The notes under the pieces: generated by a model | What the model saw: only the letters and a program-made list of their open reading frames with translations | Told to the model about the DNA's origin: nothing | Database searches by the model: none | Source of the DNA: Nitrosopumilaceae archaeon | Lineage (GTDB): Archaea; Thermoproteota; Nitrososphaeria; Nitrososphaerales; Nitrosopumilaceae | Direction: 5' to 3' | Assembly: GCA_033720715.1 (NCBI GenBank) | Contig: JAWWBZ010000001.1 | Location: 1 to 62,632 of the forward strand | DNA length: 62,632 nt | Made by a program: the position numbers and the translations under genes | In this document: piece by piece, positions 52,692-62,500 of the stretch | How positions within the stretch are numbered: the first letter of the stretch is position 1 | Layout: each line of letters opens with the position of its first letter

Positions 52692-53699
52692 TCCTCCTTG
52701 AATTCTTACCTCGTATCCTTCTTTTAATTTTCCAATTCCATATTTACACCCGGTAAATTTTGATGCAACATACAAGTTAGTCTCTAAATGATTTGAAATT
52801 TTATCAACTTTAAAAATACTAATACCTTCACCTAAACAAGCTGGTAGAACGATCATATCAGCTAAATTTTCGTCAACACTAAGGTTATTCTTAATAAATT
52901 TGGCCAAATCTAAATCAAATTTTTTCTTGTGGATATCAAATAAAGAATCCAATCCTATTATGGAATGATCATCTATACTTGATATCAAAAGAGTAGCCCC
53001 TGAGTTGAGGGTATTTTCTTCTCTGATTTCCTTCTCTACTACAAAATTATTTTTAATCAATTTTTTTTCAATATCTCCTATCTGATTTTTAATTAAATCA
53101 AAAGGCAATTTTGAATAGGAACAAGATAATTTAACATTCTTTGTTTTACGATTTGATAAAATAATAGGAATAATCCTCTTTGAAGGTTCTACTTCTAACT
53201 CAACTATTCCTCCTCCCTTAGGATAATAACCCCTATGAACTATTTTGATTGAGAAATTAATTCCCATTCTCCGATATAATTCTCTTAATAAAATTTGGGT
53301 ATAGTCGATTGTTGGACTCCAAAGCACATCTGTTCCACCCTTTATTATCAACTTTAATTTTTTTTTACAAATTGAAACTATTGGAACTAAGACTTGAACA
53401 ATTAAAGAAATACTTCCTGCAGTACCTACATCTTCATTTAGAATACAACTATGTACTTCTTTTGGTAAAATTTGTAAATTGGTAGATTTGATTTTCAAAG
53501 GTTCGATTTCTGATTTAGAAAATTTTTTTAAAATTTTCAGAGCAGAAAGGTGTTGTGGTAATAGTCCTGGAACTGTTCGATTTTTTCTAATGTTTTCTAT
53601 TTTGATTGGTGTATTTGTTATGACAGATAATGAAACAGCTGTTCTAACAATTTGACCTCCCCCTTCACCAAAACCTCCATCAATTTCCAAAAATTCCAT
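52671..53699 (-). CDS. rtcA: RNA 3'-terminal phosphate cyclase
   Basis: 342-aa ORF with N-terminal IDGGFGEGGGQIVRTAVSLS signature. Confidence 0.85.
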   Translation of the reverse strand: MEFLEIDGGFGEGGGQIVRTAVSLSVITNTPIKIENIRKNRTVPGLLPQHLSALKILKKFSKSEIEPLKIKSTNLQILPKEVHSCILNEDVGTAGSISLIVQVLVPIVSICKKKLKLIIKGGTDVLWSPTIDYTQILLRELYRRMGINFSIKIVHRGYYPKGGGIVELEVEPSKRIIPIILSNRKTKNVKLSCSYSKLPFDLIKNQIGDIEKKLIKNNFVVEKEIREENTLNSGATLLISSIDDHSIIGLDSLFDIHKKKFDLDLAKFIKNNLSVDENLADMIVLPACLGEGISIFKVDKISNHLETNLYVASKFTGCKYGIGKLKEGYEVRIQGGSHSSVK

Positions 53700-53759
53700 A
53701 AATCTGAACTACAAGTTCTCTTTATGATAGTTTTTAAAAGAAATTTTCTTACCTTAATT

Positions 53760-54254
53760 ATGAATGGCTTACTAATTGGAAGATTCCAACCTTTTCATTT
53801 AGGTCACTTGGAAGCTTTACGTTTTGCTTTATCAAAAGTAGACAAATTATGGGTAGGATTAGGAAGTTCAAACAAACCTCCGCAGCATAACAATCCCTTC
53901 TCTGCAGAAGAGCGTAAAAATATGATTCTTTCTTCTATCGATGAATCAATAAAAAATCGAATTGAAATTTATTTTATTCCAGATTTTGACGATCACAAAA
54001 AATGGGTTTCCCATATCGATACCATAGTTCCAAAATTTGATATTGTTTTTACCAATGATGAAATGACTAAATTTCTTTATGAAAAAAGAAAAACCAAAGT
54101 TTCCTCTATTCCCTTTACAAAACGAGACATATTATCTGGTACAAATATTCGAGATCAAATAATTAGCGATCAACCCTGGGAAAATTTTGTCCCAGTAGGA
54201 ACTAAAAAATTATTGGATAAGATAAATGCAAAAGAGAGACTAAAAAATCTCTAA
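53760..54254 (+). CDS. nadM: nicotinamide-nucleotide adenylyltransferase (archaeal NadM type)
   Basis: GRFQPFHLGHLEAL (HxGH) lies directly after ATG 53760. The track ORF extends to 53652, inside rtcA. Confidence 0.8.
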   Translation: MNGLLIGRFQPFHLGHLEALRFALSKVDKLWVGLGSSNKPPQHNNPFSAEERKNMILSSIDESIKNRIEIYFIPDFDDHKKWVSHIDTIVPKFDIVFTNDEMTKFLYEKRKTKVSSIPFTKRDILSGTNIRDQIISDQPWENFVPVGTKKLLDKINAKERLKNL

Positions 54255-54310
54255 TTATAAATACACCCCAGAAGATGTCTCAATGGAGATAAGATTTGGA
54301 ATATCTTTCA

Positions 54311-55441
54311 ATGTTACCAGGCCCAACAAATGTGCCTAATAGAGTTATGAGGGCGATGCTAGCTCCAATTATCAATCATAGAAGCGATGATTTTGTAGAA
54401 CTTTACACTGACGTAATTGAAAAAACTCAACAAGTCTTTGAAACACAAAATGATATTGTTGCTTTATCGGCCTCAGGAACTGGGGCAGTGGAAGCGGGAG
54501 TAGTCAACCTTGTGAAAAAAGGAGATAAGGTGATAATTCCTGTTAATGGAGAATTCAGTAACAGACTTTCACAATTAATTGCAGGCCAAGGTGCTGAAGT
54601 AATAAAACTTGAAACCCCACCAGGACAGAATGCTACCTTTGACCAAGTAAAAGAAGCGTTTGATAATAATAAAGATGTCAAAGCCTTCTATGTTGTTCAT
54701 AACGAAACCTCAACCGGAACTATGGTAAATTATCTTGACAAAGTTTCTGATTTAACATCCCGTAATGATTCATACTTTGTAGTAGATTCAGTATCCTTAC
54801 TGGGAGGAGCTCCTTTACCAGTTGACAAATGGAATATTGATGTGTGTATGACTGGAGCACAAAAAGCAATAGCTGCGCCTCCGGGAATTTCACCAATATC
54901 AGTGAGTTCTCGAGCCAAAAAGTACATGATTGAAAACCCACCAGCTACAATGTACTTCAATTTAGCCAGATACTTCAAATATTATGAAGAATCAAAACAT
55001 ACTCCTTTTACACCTGCATTGCCTCTTCTTTATGCTTATAGAGAAGCCTTGGCAATATTACTTGAAGAAGGATTAGAGGCAGTTTTCAAACGTCACAAAG
55101 TATGTTCAGATGCTCTTTATTCTGGTTTGAGTGCCATTGGTCTTACACCATTTGCAAAAGAGGAGGATCGTTCAATCTCAATTGTTGCTCTAAACTATCT
55201 TGAAGGATTACAAGACAAAACCTTTAGAGATACTTTGGCAAAAAAGTTCAAAGTATTAGTTGCCGGAGGATTTGGAAATCTTAAAGGTAAAGTATTCAGA
55301 GTTGGTTGCATGGGAGAAGTTAGTCAATACCATGTAATGAGAACCATTTCTGCTATTTCATCAACTCTTGCAATGATGGGATATGAGACTGATGCTCAAG
55401 CAGGACTTAACACAGCAGAAGAAAAACTAAAAGCTCTCTAA
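54311..55441 (+). CDS. class V aminotransferase (serine-glyoxylate / alanine-glyoxylate / phosphoserine aminotransferase-like)
   Basis: MLPGPTNVP N-terminus, TGAQKAIAAPPG PLP-lysine region, FRVGCMG C-terminal motif. Track start is TTG 54296. Confidence 0.8.
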   Translation: MLPGPTNVPNRVMRAMLAPIINHRSDDFVELYTDVIEKTQQVFETQNDIVALSASGTGAVEAGVVNLVKKGDKVIIPVNGEFSNRLSQLIAGQGAEVIKLETPPGQNATFDQVKEAFDNNKDVKAFYVVHNETSTGTMVNYLDKVSDLTSRNDSYFVVDSVSLLGGAPLPVDKWNIDVCMTGAQKAIAAPPGISPISVSSRAKKYMIENPPATMYFNLARYFKYYEESKHTPFTPALPLLYAYREALAILLEEGLEAVFKRHKVCSDALYSGLSAIGLTPFAKEEDRSISIVALNYLEGLQDKTFRDTLAKKFKVLVAGGFGNLKGKVFRVGCMGEVSQYHVMRTISAISSTLAMMGYETDAQAGLNTAEEKLKAL

Positions 55442-55482
55442 TCCATGTTAACTTAATATTAGGAAATTCGAGAGCGATCACA

Positions 55483-56256
55483 TTGACTTTCAACAAAGGT
55501 TCTTTGATCCTAATTGATTATGTCGCTAAAGTTAAAGACAGTAATGAAGTATTTGATACTACCATCGAAGAAGAAGCAAAAAAACATTCTATCCATGAAA
55601 CTGGAGTAAAATATTCGCCAAAGTTAGTCTCAGTAGGTGAAGTATCTTATCCTGTTCTAAAGGGACTTGATGAAGCACTAACAAAAACTTCAGTCGGCGA
55701 GAAACTAACTGTAGAAGTCACACCGGACAAAGGGTTCGGAGAACGCGATTCAACCAAAGTCAGAATGATTCCACTTAGAAAACTTGGTGAAGATGCTGAA
55801 AAAATTTCCGTAGGTGACACAATCGAAATTGATAACAAACGTGGCACTATAAGGTTCATTGGTTCAGGAAGAGTCCAAATTGATTATAACCACAAATACG
55901 CAGGAAAAACCATTCTTTATGATGTTACTGTAATAAAATCGCTTGAATCTGAACAAGATAAGGTTGACGGAATTCTAAAAAATCGACTTCCAGTAGAAGA
56001 TTCTAAAATTAAATTCACAATAAAAGAAAAAGAAGCAGATATTACCATTCCTGAAGAAATTTTTAGAGCAGATGGGCTTCAAATAATGAAACATTTTATT
56101 CAAATTGATATTTTCAAATTTGTCCCTACACTAGAAAAGATCAACTTTATTGAAACCCATCAAAATAAACAAAAACAAACTAAGAAACATGAATCAACAG
56201 AAAAGAAAGAATCAAAAACTCCGGAAGAAAAAGCTCCAGAACCAAAAGCAGCTTAA
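55483..56256 (+). CDS. FKBP-type peptidyl-prolyl isomerase (long archaeal form with IF insert and C-terminal domain)
   Basis: 257-aa ORF from TTG with GSLILIDYVAKV, FDTT and GERD motifs and a Lys/Glu-rich tail. Confidence 0.8.
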   Translation: MTFNKGSLILIDYVAKVKDSNEVFDTTIEEEAKKHSIHETGVKYSPKLVSVGEVSYPVLKGLDEALTKTSVGEKLTVEVTPDKGFGERDSTKVRMIPLRKLGEDAEKISVGDTIEIDNKRGTIRFIGSGRVQIDYNHKYAGKTILYDVTVIKSLESEQDKVDGILKNRLPVEDSKIKFTIKEKEADITIPEEIFRADGLQIMKHFIQIDIFKFVPTLEKINFIETHQNKQKQTKKHESTEKKESKTPEEKAPEPKAA

Positions 56257-56257
56257 A

Positions 56258-57322
56258 TTAAATTATTCCAGTACTTTTTGCTAAATTCAAAGCTTTCTGC
56301 TCAGTCATTTCTATTTCTTTTAAAATTGTATATCTTTCCGGTCTAAGGTCTTGAGCAATAACTAAAGCATCTATCACTTGATCTTTAGTTACACCAATCT
56401 GTTTTGCAGTCGTTGGAGCACCAACATCTTTTAATGTTTTAATAATTTTTTTCCAATCCTGACCTTGTAACTTTGCCATCATAATTGCTCCAATCCCACA
56501 CTTTTCCCCATGAAGTCCTTTCTCAGGAGCTATTTTATCTAACGCATGTGAAAACAAATGCTCAGCACCAGAACAAGGTCTACTGCTTCCTGCTATACAT
56601 GATGCTACACCCGCACTGATTAATGCTTCAACAATGACTCTTGCATCTAATCCTTTTTTAGCATATTTTGATGAATTTTCCATCACGATTTTAGCACTCA
56701 TTAATGCTAAATCTGCTGAATACATACCGTAATATTCACCAGTTTTTTTATGACCAAGTTGCCAATCTTTGACGGCAATAATATTTGCAATTAAATCCCC
56801 ACAACCACTTGCAAGGAGCTTTGATGGTGCTTTTCTTATCACATCTATATCAACAAAAACACCAAGTGGAGCACTAGCTACGATAGAATGCGGCTTGTCG
56901 GTCTTTACAGAAACAAACGGACTTGCCATACCATCATGAGAGGCCGCAGTTGGAACACTTACAAATGGTACATCGAGGTTAAATGAAACCATTTTAGCCG
57001 TATCAACTGACCGACCACCTCCAATACCTGCAACTAGATTACTATGATCTTCTTTCACTTCTTTTTGAATTTGTTTGAGGGATCTTATCTTATTGTCCTT
57101 TGTAGTGTGCCATACAAAATTAATTTTTTTTGATTTTAAGGAACGTTCTATTTTTTGTTTTAAAATTTTTTTAACATTTTTTCCAGAAATTAACGAAACT
57201 TTTTTTGGTTTATTCAGTGTAACTAGGAATTCTCCAAATTCGTTGATATTTTTCTCCCCTACGACAATCAATCTAGGTAGTTCCATAGTATGAGATTGCA
57301 TGCGTTTTTCCATTTTTGTCAC
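56258..57322 (-). CDS. egsA: sn-glycerol-1-phosphate dehydrogenase (archaeal lipid backbone synthesis)
   Basis: 354-aa ORF of the iron-dependent ADH/DHQS-like fold with GIGGGRSVDTAK and HDG...H metal-site pattern. Confidence 0.85.
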   Translation of the reverse strand: MTKMEKRMQSHTMELPRLIVVGEKNINEFGEFLVTLNKPKKVSLISGKNVKKILKQKIERSLKSKKINFVWHTTKDNKIRSLKQIQKEVKEDHSNLVAGIGGGRSVDTAKMVSFNLDVPFVSVPTAASHDGMASPFVSVKTDKPHSIVASAPLGVFVDIDVIRKAPSKLLASGCGDLIANIIAVKDWQLGHKKTGEYYGMYSADLALMSAKIVMENSSKYAKKGLDARVIVEALISAGVASCIAGSSRPCSGAEHLFSHALDKIAPEKGLHGEKCGIGAIMMAKLQGQDWKKIIKTLKDVGAPTTAKQIGVTKDQVIDALVIAQDLRPERYTILKEIEMTEQKALNLAKSTGII

Positions 57323-57361
57323 TATTTATCATTTCAAGAGATCAAAAAGTTATTTAAAAGG

Positions 57362-58030
57362 GTGAATGCCACTTACAATATCTCTAAAGGTGATCTTTTG
57401 TCTAATAATGTTGAAGAAAAAATTCTACACGGAACAACCACAGTAGGGATCAAAGCTAAAGATGGTATAGTTTTGTGCGCAGATATGCGAGCCAGCGCTG
57501 GATACTTTATTGCAAATAACAATACCATGAAAATCCAAAAAATTGATGAGCATGCAGGATTAACACTTGCAGGAGGTGTGGCAGATGCCCAAAATATTGT
57601 GGATATCTTACGTTATCATTCTAATCTTCATAGAGTTGATAAACATGGTCCCATTTCAATTCATTCTCTAGCAAGATTATGTTCTTTGATATTCCATCAA
57701 AACCGTGGTTATCCATTTATCGCAGATATTTTGATTGGGGGTTATGATGCAAAAGGTCCTGCTTTGTTCAATGTAGATATGTTTGGATCGGTAGAAGAGA
57801 AAACTTATGTTACAACTGGAAGCGGTTCGCCAGTTGCATACGGATTACTTGAAGAAGAATACCGTGATGATCTCACAGTTGAAGAAGCCAAGAAAATAGC
57901 TTTACGTGCAGTAAAGGCAGCAATTGTACGAAATATTGGAACTGGTGATGGGATTAACGTTGCTATTGTTGATAAGGATGGATTTCGTCTTTTATCAGAT
58001 GAACAAAAGAAAGCAATAATTGAACTTTAG
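57362..58030 (+). CDS. psmB: proteasome subunit beta
   Basis: Propeptide, then the GTTTVGIKAKDGIVLCADMRAS catalytic Thr context. GTG 57362 was chosen to avoid overlap with divergent egsA (track ORF starts at 57290). Confidence 0.85.
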   Translation: MNATYNISKGDLLSNNVEEKILHGTTTVGIKAKDGIVLCADMRASAGYFIANNNTMKIQKIDEHAGLTLAGGVADAQNIVDILRYHSNLHRVDKHGPISIHSLARLCSLIFHQNRGYPFIADILIGGYDAKGPALFNVDMFGSVEEKTYVTTGSGSPVAYGLLEEEYRDDLTVEEAKKIALRAVKAAIVRNIGTGDGINVAIVDKDGFRLLSDEQKKAIIEL

Positions 58031-58073
58031 AAATTTAGCAAATTAACTTTACAAATTATACTTTAGTGATTTA

Positions 58074-60011
58074 ATGCAAAGGAAATTTCAAGAAAAAGAA
58101 TCATCAGATAGCCAAAGTATTATGGCAACTATACTGCAAAGTATACCAAAAGAAGCAAGTTTAACCAAAATTGAATATGAAGGACCTAGAATTGCGCTTT
58201 ACACAAACTCACCACGGTATCTATTAGAAAATAACAATACAATATCGAATCTGGTAAACATAATCAAAAAAAGAATAGTTATCAGGACTGATGAATCAAT
58301 AAGAAAACCTGAAGATGAAGCTAGAAAAATTATTGCAGAATGCGTTCCTGAAGAAGCCAATCTTCAAGCAACCATATTTGATACTGCAACTGGCGAAGTT
58401 TCTATTGAGGCTAAACGACCATGGCTATTGCAAAGAAACGCAAAAGAGTTCAACCATGCTGAAGTAACTGAAAAAACTGGATGGAAAATACGGGTTAGGA
58501 AAGCAACCACAATTCCATCAAGAACAATTCAGACAATAAAGTCAACCCTCAAGCAATCATCAGCAGATAGGAGCAAACAACTGCGGGAGATTGGTGATGA
58601 AATATTCCGACCCAGGTTAGCTCAAAGATCCGAGGTTTCTCTTTTCACACTTGGTGGGTTTGGTCAAGTTGGTAGATCTTCTATGCTATTATCCACTCCA
58701 GAAAGTAAAATTTTGATTGATTGTGGTGTAAACCCTGGAGCCAGATCTCCCATGGATGCCTATCCAAGATTGGATTCACTAAACCTTACACTTGATGACC
58801 TTGATGCAATTGTAATTGGACATGCCCATCTAGATCACACTGGATTTTTACCTGCTCTTTGTAAATATGGCTACAAAGGACCAATTTATTGTACAGAACC
58901 AACACTGCCAATGATGAACCTAATACAACTTGATGCAATTAAAGTAGCAGCAGCACAGGGGAGAACTCCAATTTATTCTGAACGAGATGTTAAACAAATA
59001 ATGAAACAGACAATTACTCTTCCTTATGGCACAGTAACTGACATCTCTCCTGACATTAAACTTGTTCTTGCCAATGCTGGACACATTCTTGGCTCTGCTC
59101 TTTGTCATTTTCATATCGGAAATGGAGATCATAATTTTGTTTATTCAGGAGATTTGAAATTCGGGAAAAGTATTTTGTTTGAAGCTGCCAGTTGGAATTT
59201 TCCAAGGGTTGAAACCTTACTTATTGAAAGCACTTATGGTCTTAAAGAAGACATTCAACCCAGTAGGCAAGAAGTCGAATCGTCTTTCATCAATGCCGTA
59301 AATAACACCCTTGCCGATGGTGGCAAAGTTCTAATTCCAATTCCTGCTGTGGGACGTGCTCAAGAAATCATGATGGTAATTGATCATTATATGAAATCTG
59401 GGGAAATGGTTGAAGCACCGGTATTTACAGAAGGTATGATATCGGAAGCTTCAGCGATCCATGAGTCATATCCAGAATACCTAGCAAGGGAATTAAAACA
59501 AAAAATCTTGGAAACAGATGATAATCCATTTGATTCTGAATACTTTACAAATATCGAGCACGCCGATGACAGAGAGGAACCATTAAGAGAAGACTCTCCT
59601 TGTATTATCTTAGCAACATCTGGAATGCTTGAAGGAGGGCCGGTTTTGGAATATTTCAAAAATATTGCTCCAGACAAAAAGAGCAAAGTTTTGTTTGTTT
59701 CTTATCAAGTAAATGGAACTTTAGGAAGACGAGTTTTAGATGGATCAAAACAGGTTTCAATGCTAGGAAAGGAAGGCAAAGTCGAAGTTGTAAACATTAA
59801 TTGTGGAGTTGAAAAATTAGATGGATTTAGCGGTCATAGTGACTATAATCAATTAATGTCCTTTGTTCAAAGATTAAGACCAAAACTACGAAGAGTTTTG
59901 GTTAACCATGGAGAGAGAAAAAAATCTGAAAATCTTGCAATGAATATTAGAAGAATGTATAGAATTCCATCCCATTATCCACAAATCCAAGAAGCTATAA
60001 AATTATTTTAG
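58074..60011 (+). CDS. aCPSF1-type beta-CASP ribonuclease with N-terminal KH domains (archaeal transcription termination/RNA processing factor)
   Basis: 645-aa ORF with two KH-like N-domains, the metallo-beta-lactamase motif GHAHLDHTG, and beta-CASP motifs downstream. Confidence 0.9.
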   Translation: MQRKFQEKESSDSQSIMATILQSIPKEASLTKIEYEGPRIALYTNSPRYLLENNNTISNLVNIIKKRIVIRTDESIRKPEDEARKIIAECVPEEANLQATIFDTATGEVSIEAKRPWLLQRNAKEFNHAEVTEKTGWKIRVRKATTIPSRTIQTIKSTLKQSSADRSKQLREIGDEIFRPRLAQRSEVSLFTLGGFGQVGRSSMLLSTPESKILIDCGVNPGARSPMDAYPRLDSLNLTLDDLDAIVIGHAHLDHTGFLPALCKYGYKGPIYCTEPTLPMMNLIQLDAIKVAAAQGRTPIYSERDVKQIMKQTITLPYGTVTDISPDIKLVLANAGHILGSALCHFHIGNGDHNFVYSGDLKFGKSILFEAASWNFPRVETLLIESTYGLKEDIQPSRQEVESSFINAVNNTLADGGKVLIPIPAVGRAQEIMMVIDHYMKSGEMVEAPVFTEGMISEASAIHESYPEYLARELKQKILETDDNPFDSEYFTNIEHADDREEPLREDSPCIILATSGMLEGGPVLEYFKNIAPDKKSKVLFVSYQVNGTLGRRVLDGSKQVSMLGKEGKVEVVNINCGVEKLDGFSGHSDYNQLMSFVQRLRPKLRRVLVNHGERKKSENLAMNIRRMYRIPSHYPQIQEAIKLF

Positions 60012-60281
60012 ATCGTACTCTGGTTTCCAGATCTTAATACTGGAAGGGGCAACAATAATTCTTTCTTCACCTAACCTAGCAATATCTGCCCCTGCAGTTT
60101 TTGCAATAGCATACAAATCCTCAACAACTTTACGTAATTGTTCTACATCTTTTTGAGCTAATGGAGTAACCCGCAAAATCAGAATCATTCCCTTTTTGAT
60201 ATCTTCCTTGATTGAGTGTACATCACTTGCATCGCGAATTGTTATTGCTTTCAAATAAGTGGGATTTTCCTGTTTTTGCAT
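60003..60281 (-). CDS. sepF: SepF-like (DUF552) protein
   Basis: 92-aa ORF. IKEDIKKGMILILRVTPLAQKDVEQLRKVVEDLYAIAKTAGADIARLGEERIIVAPSSIKI aligns by eye with the bacterial SepF core (...AVVVNLQRI..AKRIVDFLSG..YAIGGDIQRIG..IFLCTP..V.V). Confidence 0.6.
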   Translation of the reverse strand: MQKQENPTYLKAITIRDASDVHSIKEDIKKGMILILRVTPLAQKDVEQLRKVVEDLYAIAKTAGADIARLGEERIIVAPSSIKIWKPEYDLK

Positions 60282-60354
60282 CTTAGCTAAAAAAGAGATC
60301 TACTCCTTCAAAAACTCTTCTTTAACATCAACCAATTTTACTATAATTTCACGC

Positions 60355-61353
60355 CTAAATCCTAAATTTAAGGTAAGATTCTTCGTTTGCAGGTACAACA
60401 ACACATTCTTTTTCTCTGTTTGTTAAAACGGTACTTTCTTTTTCTTTTGGAGCATCTGAGTATCTTAGCGTGACACTGGCTGCAAATTCAAAATGTTTGT
60501 CAGCATTTTCACCTCTCAAAATAGAAACAGGACCCATATAGTCTCGTGCTTCTAACAAAACATCTCCGGATAAAGCAATAGATTTTATCATTTCATTTTC
60601 ATCTTTGTTTCTTCCAACAACTAATTTTGTTTTGTTATCTAATCTAAAATGCCTTCCAATTTTTAACAAATCAATATCATTTATTGTTGGAGTCTCAGTA
60701 TGTTCAAACAAGTCTTTTGCGCGTAATCCAAATGCAGGATCAGTTAAAAGACACCCTCCACCCGCATTAGGAGGATTTTCTATTCCATATTTTTTGGCCA
60801 TATCCAATTGACCACGTCTAGTTCTACCTTTTATCATTCCAAGATTCTCTCTTTTGATCAAACCTTCTTTTTCAGCATCTGTTTCTGGAAGCAAACCACC
60901 TGATAAAGGTCTCAAAATTTTTCCTTCCAAACCTGAATCTTTTTCGATAGTCCTCAAAGCAGGTGCATGTTGACTCATTGGTCTTTGCCCTAGAACTTCT
61001 CCTGAAATTATAAACTCCGCTCCAATCTCTTCCATGTGTTTTTTTGCTGCATTAAACATCATTGTTCTACAATCTACACAAGGATTGAAACCAGCACCCA
61101 TTCCATGTTTAGGATGCTTTAACATTTCGATATATTCATCTCCCAAGTATACCGTTTTCAAATTAACGTTAAGATCATCTGCTCTTTCTCTAATTTCAAA
61201 TCCACAACCTCTTCCACAATCAAAATCACAAAAAGGTGTTTTTATTGCAACAGCTGAAACATCAAAACCTTGTTCTTGCATCATTCTAACTGCCAACTGG
61301 CTATCTAATCCGCCAGAAAGAAGTGCAACAACCTTTTTCTTTTCATCTGTCAT
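60355..61353 (-). CDS. PP-loop ATP pyrophosphatase, ThiI/MnmA-like tRNA thiolation enzyme family
   Basis: SGGLDS PP-loop is 10 residues after Met16 (chosen start; track start is 61398). NPCVDCRTMMF and ISGEVLGQRPMSQ blocks. Confidence 0.6.
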   Translation of the reverse strand: MTDEKKKVVALLSGGLDSQLAVRMMQEQGFDVSAVAIKTPFCDFDCGRGCGFEIRERADDLNVNLKTVYLGDEYIEMLKHPKHGMGAGFNPCVDCRTMMFNAAKKHMEEIGAEFIISGEVLGQRPMSQHAPALRTIEKDSGLEGKILRPLSGGLLPETDAEKEGLIKRENLGMIKGRTRRGQLDMAKKYGIENPPNAGGGCLLTDPAFGLRAKDLFEHTETPTINDIDLLKIGRHFRLDNKTKLVVGRNKDENEMIKSIALSGDVLLEARDYMGPVSILRGENADKHFEFAASVTLRYSDAPKEKESTVLTNREKECVVVPANEESYLKFRI

Positions 61354-61424
61354 ATCAAAAAATTTTCGAAGCGGATATACAAACTTTACATCATACATAA
61401 ATTAACAAAAAAACCAGAAATTTC

Positions 61425-62489
61425 ATGAACGATCGTAGAAAAAAACTCCTACAAAATACAAAAAAAATTGGATGTGATACTTTAGTCGCATTTGAGCCTG
61501 AGAACCTTTATTATTTGACCGGATTTTGGGGGGAAGCCATTGGAATTTTGGAAAAAGGAGGTACCACAACAATAATTGCACCTGAATTAGAAGTTGGTAG
61601 GGCAAAAGAAGAATGTGATAATTGTGAAGTAATTACTGGTGAAAGGGGTGTAGGATTAATCTCATCTTTGATAAAGAAAATCAAAAAAAATAAGGTTTGC
61701 ACAGATTGCAACGACTATTCAACCGTAACATCCTTGAAAAAATCAATCCAAAATCTAAAATCATCTACTGAACCCTTTCAAAACTCAAGGATAATTAAAG
61801 ATGAAAATGAGATAAAACTTCTCAAAAAAGGATCAAAAATCATTGATGAAATGTTTGAGCTATGCTCAAAAAAAATGAAAATAGGTCAAAAAGAATCTGA
61901 GCTTCAAGCAATCTTGATGAGTTATGCTATGGAACAACAAATGTTTGATACTGGTTACAAATCTACTCTAAACCCATTAATTATTGCTGGTGGTCCAAAT
62001 GGTGCTCTTCCACATGCACAAGTAACCCAAAGAAAATTTAAGAATGGTGATCTTGTCGTTGTGGATCTAACTCTACGTTACAAAGGATACATTTCAGACT
62101 CCACAAGAACTTTTGCTGTGGGAAAAATATCTGAAAAAGAGAAAAATGTCTATGAAATTGTTAAGGAATCCCAAAGGATAGGACTAAAGTCTGTAAAACC
62201 CAAAGTAAGTTGTAAAGATGTAGATTTATCATGCCGAAAATTTATCGAGGATAACAATTATGGAAAATTTTTCATACACTCTACAGGACACGGAATTGGC
62301 TTAGAAGTTCATGAAGCACCAGCTATTTCATACAGAAGTGAAACAAACCTTGAAAAAAATATGGCAATTACTGTAGAACCTGGAATTTACATTCCAAATA
62401 AATTTGGAATCAGAATCGAGGATTCTTTAATTGTAAAGGATAAACCAGTTGTATTGCACAAATTTACCAAAGATTTGGTTACAATTTAG
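61425..62489 (+). CDS. pepQ: M24-family Xaa-Pro aminopeptidase/dipeptidase
   Basis: 354-aa ORF with metal-ligand blocks VVDLTLRYKGYISDSTRT, HSTGHGIGLEVHE and ITVEPGIY...IRIED. Confidence 0.85.
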   Translation: MNDRRKKLLQNTKKIGCDTLVAFEPENLYYLTGFWGEAIGILEKGGTTTIIAPELEVGRAKEECDNCEVITGERGVGLISSLIKKIKKNKVCTDCNDYSTVTSLKKSIQNLKSSTEPFQNSRIIKDENEIKLLKKGSKIIDEMFELCSKKMKIGQKESELQAILMSYAMEQQMFDTGYKSTLNPLIIAGGPNGALPHAQVTQRKFKNGDLVVVDLTLRYKGYISDSTRTFAVGKISEKEKNVYEIVKESQRIGLKSVKPKVSCKDVDLSCRKFIEDNNYGKFFIHSTGHGIGLEVHEAPAISYRSETNLEKNMAITVEPGIYIPNKFGIRIEDSLIVKDKPVVLHKFTKDLVTI

Positions 62490-62500
62490 CCTCAATTTAG

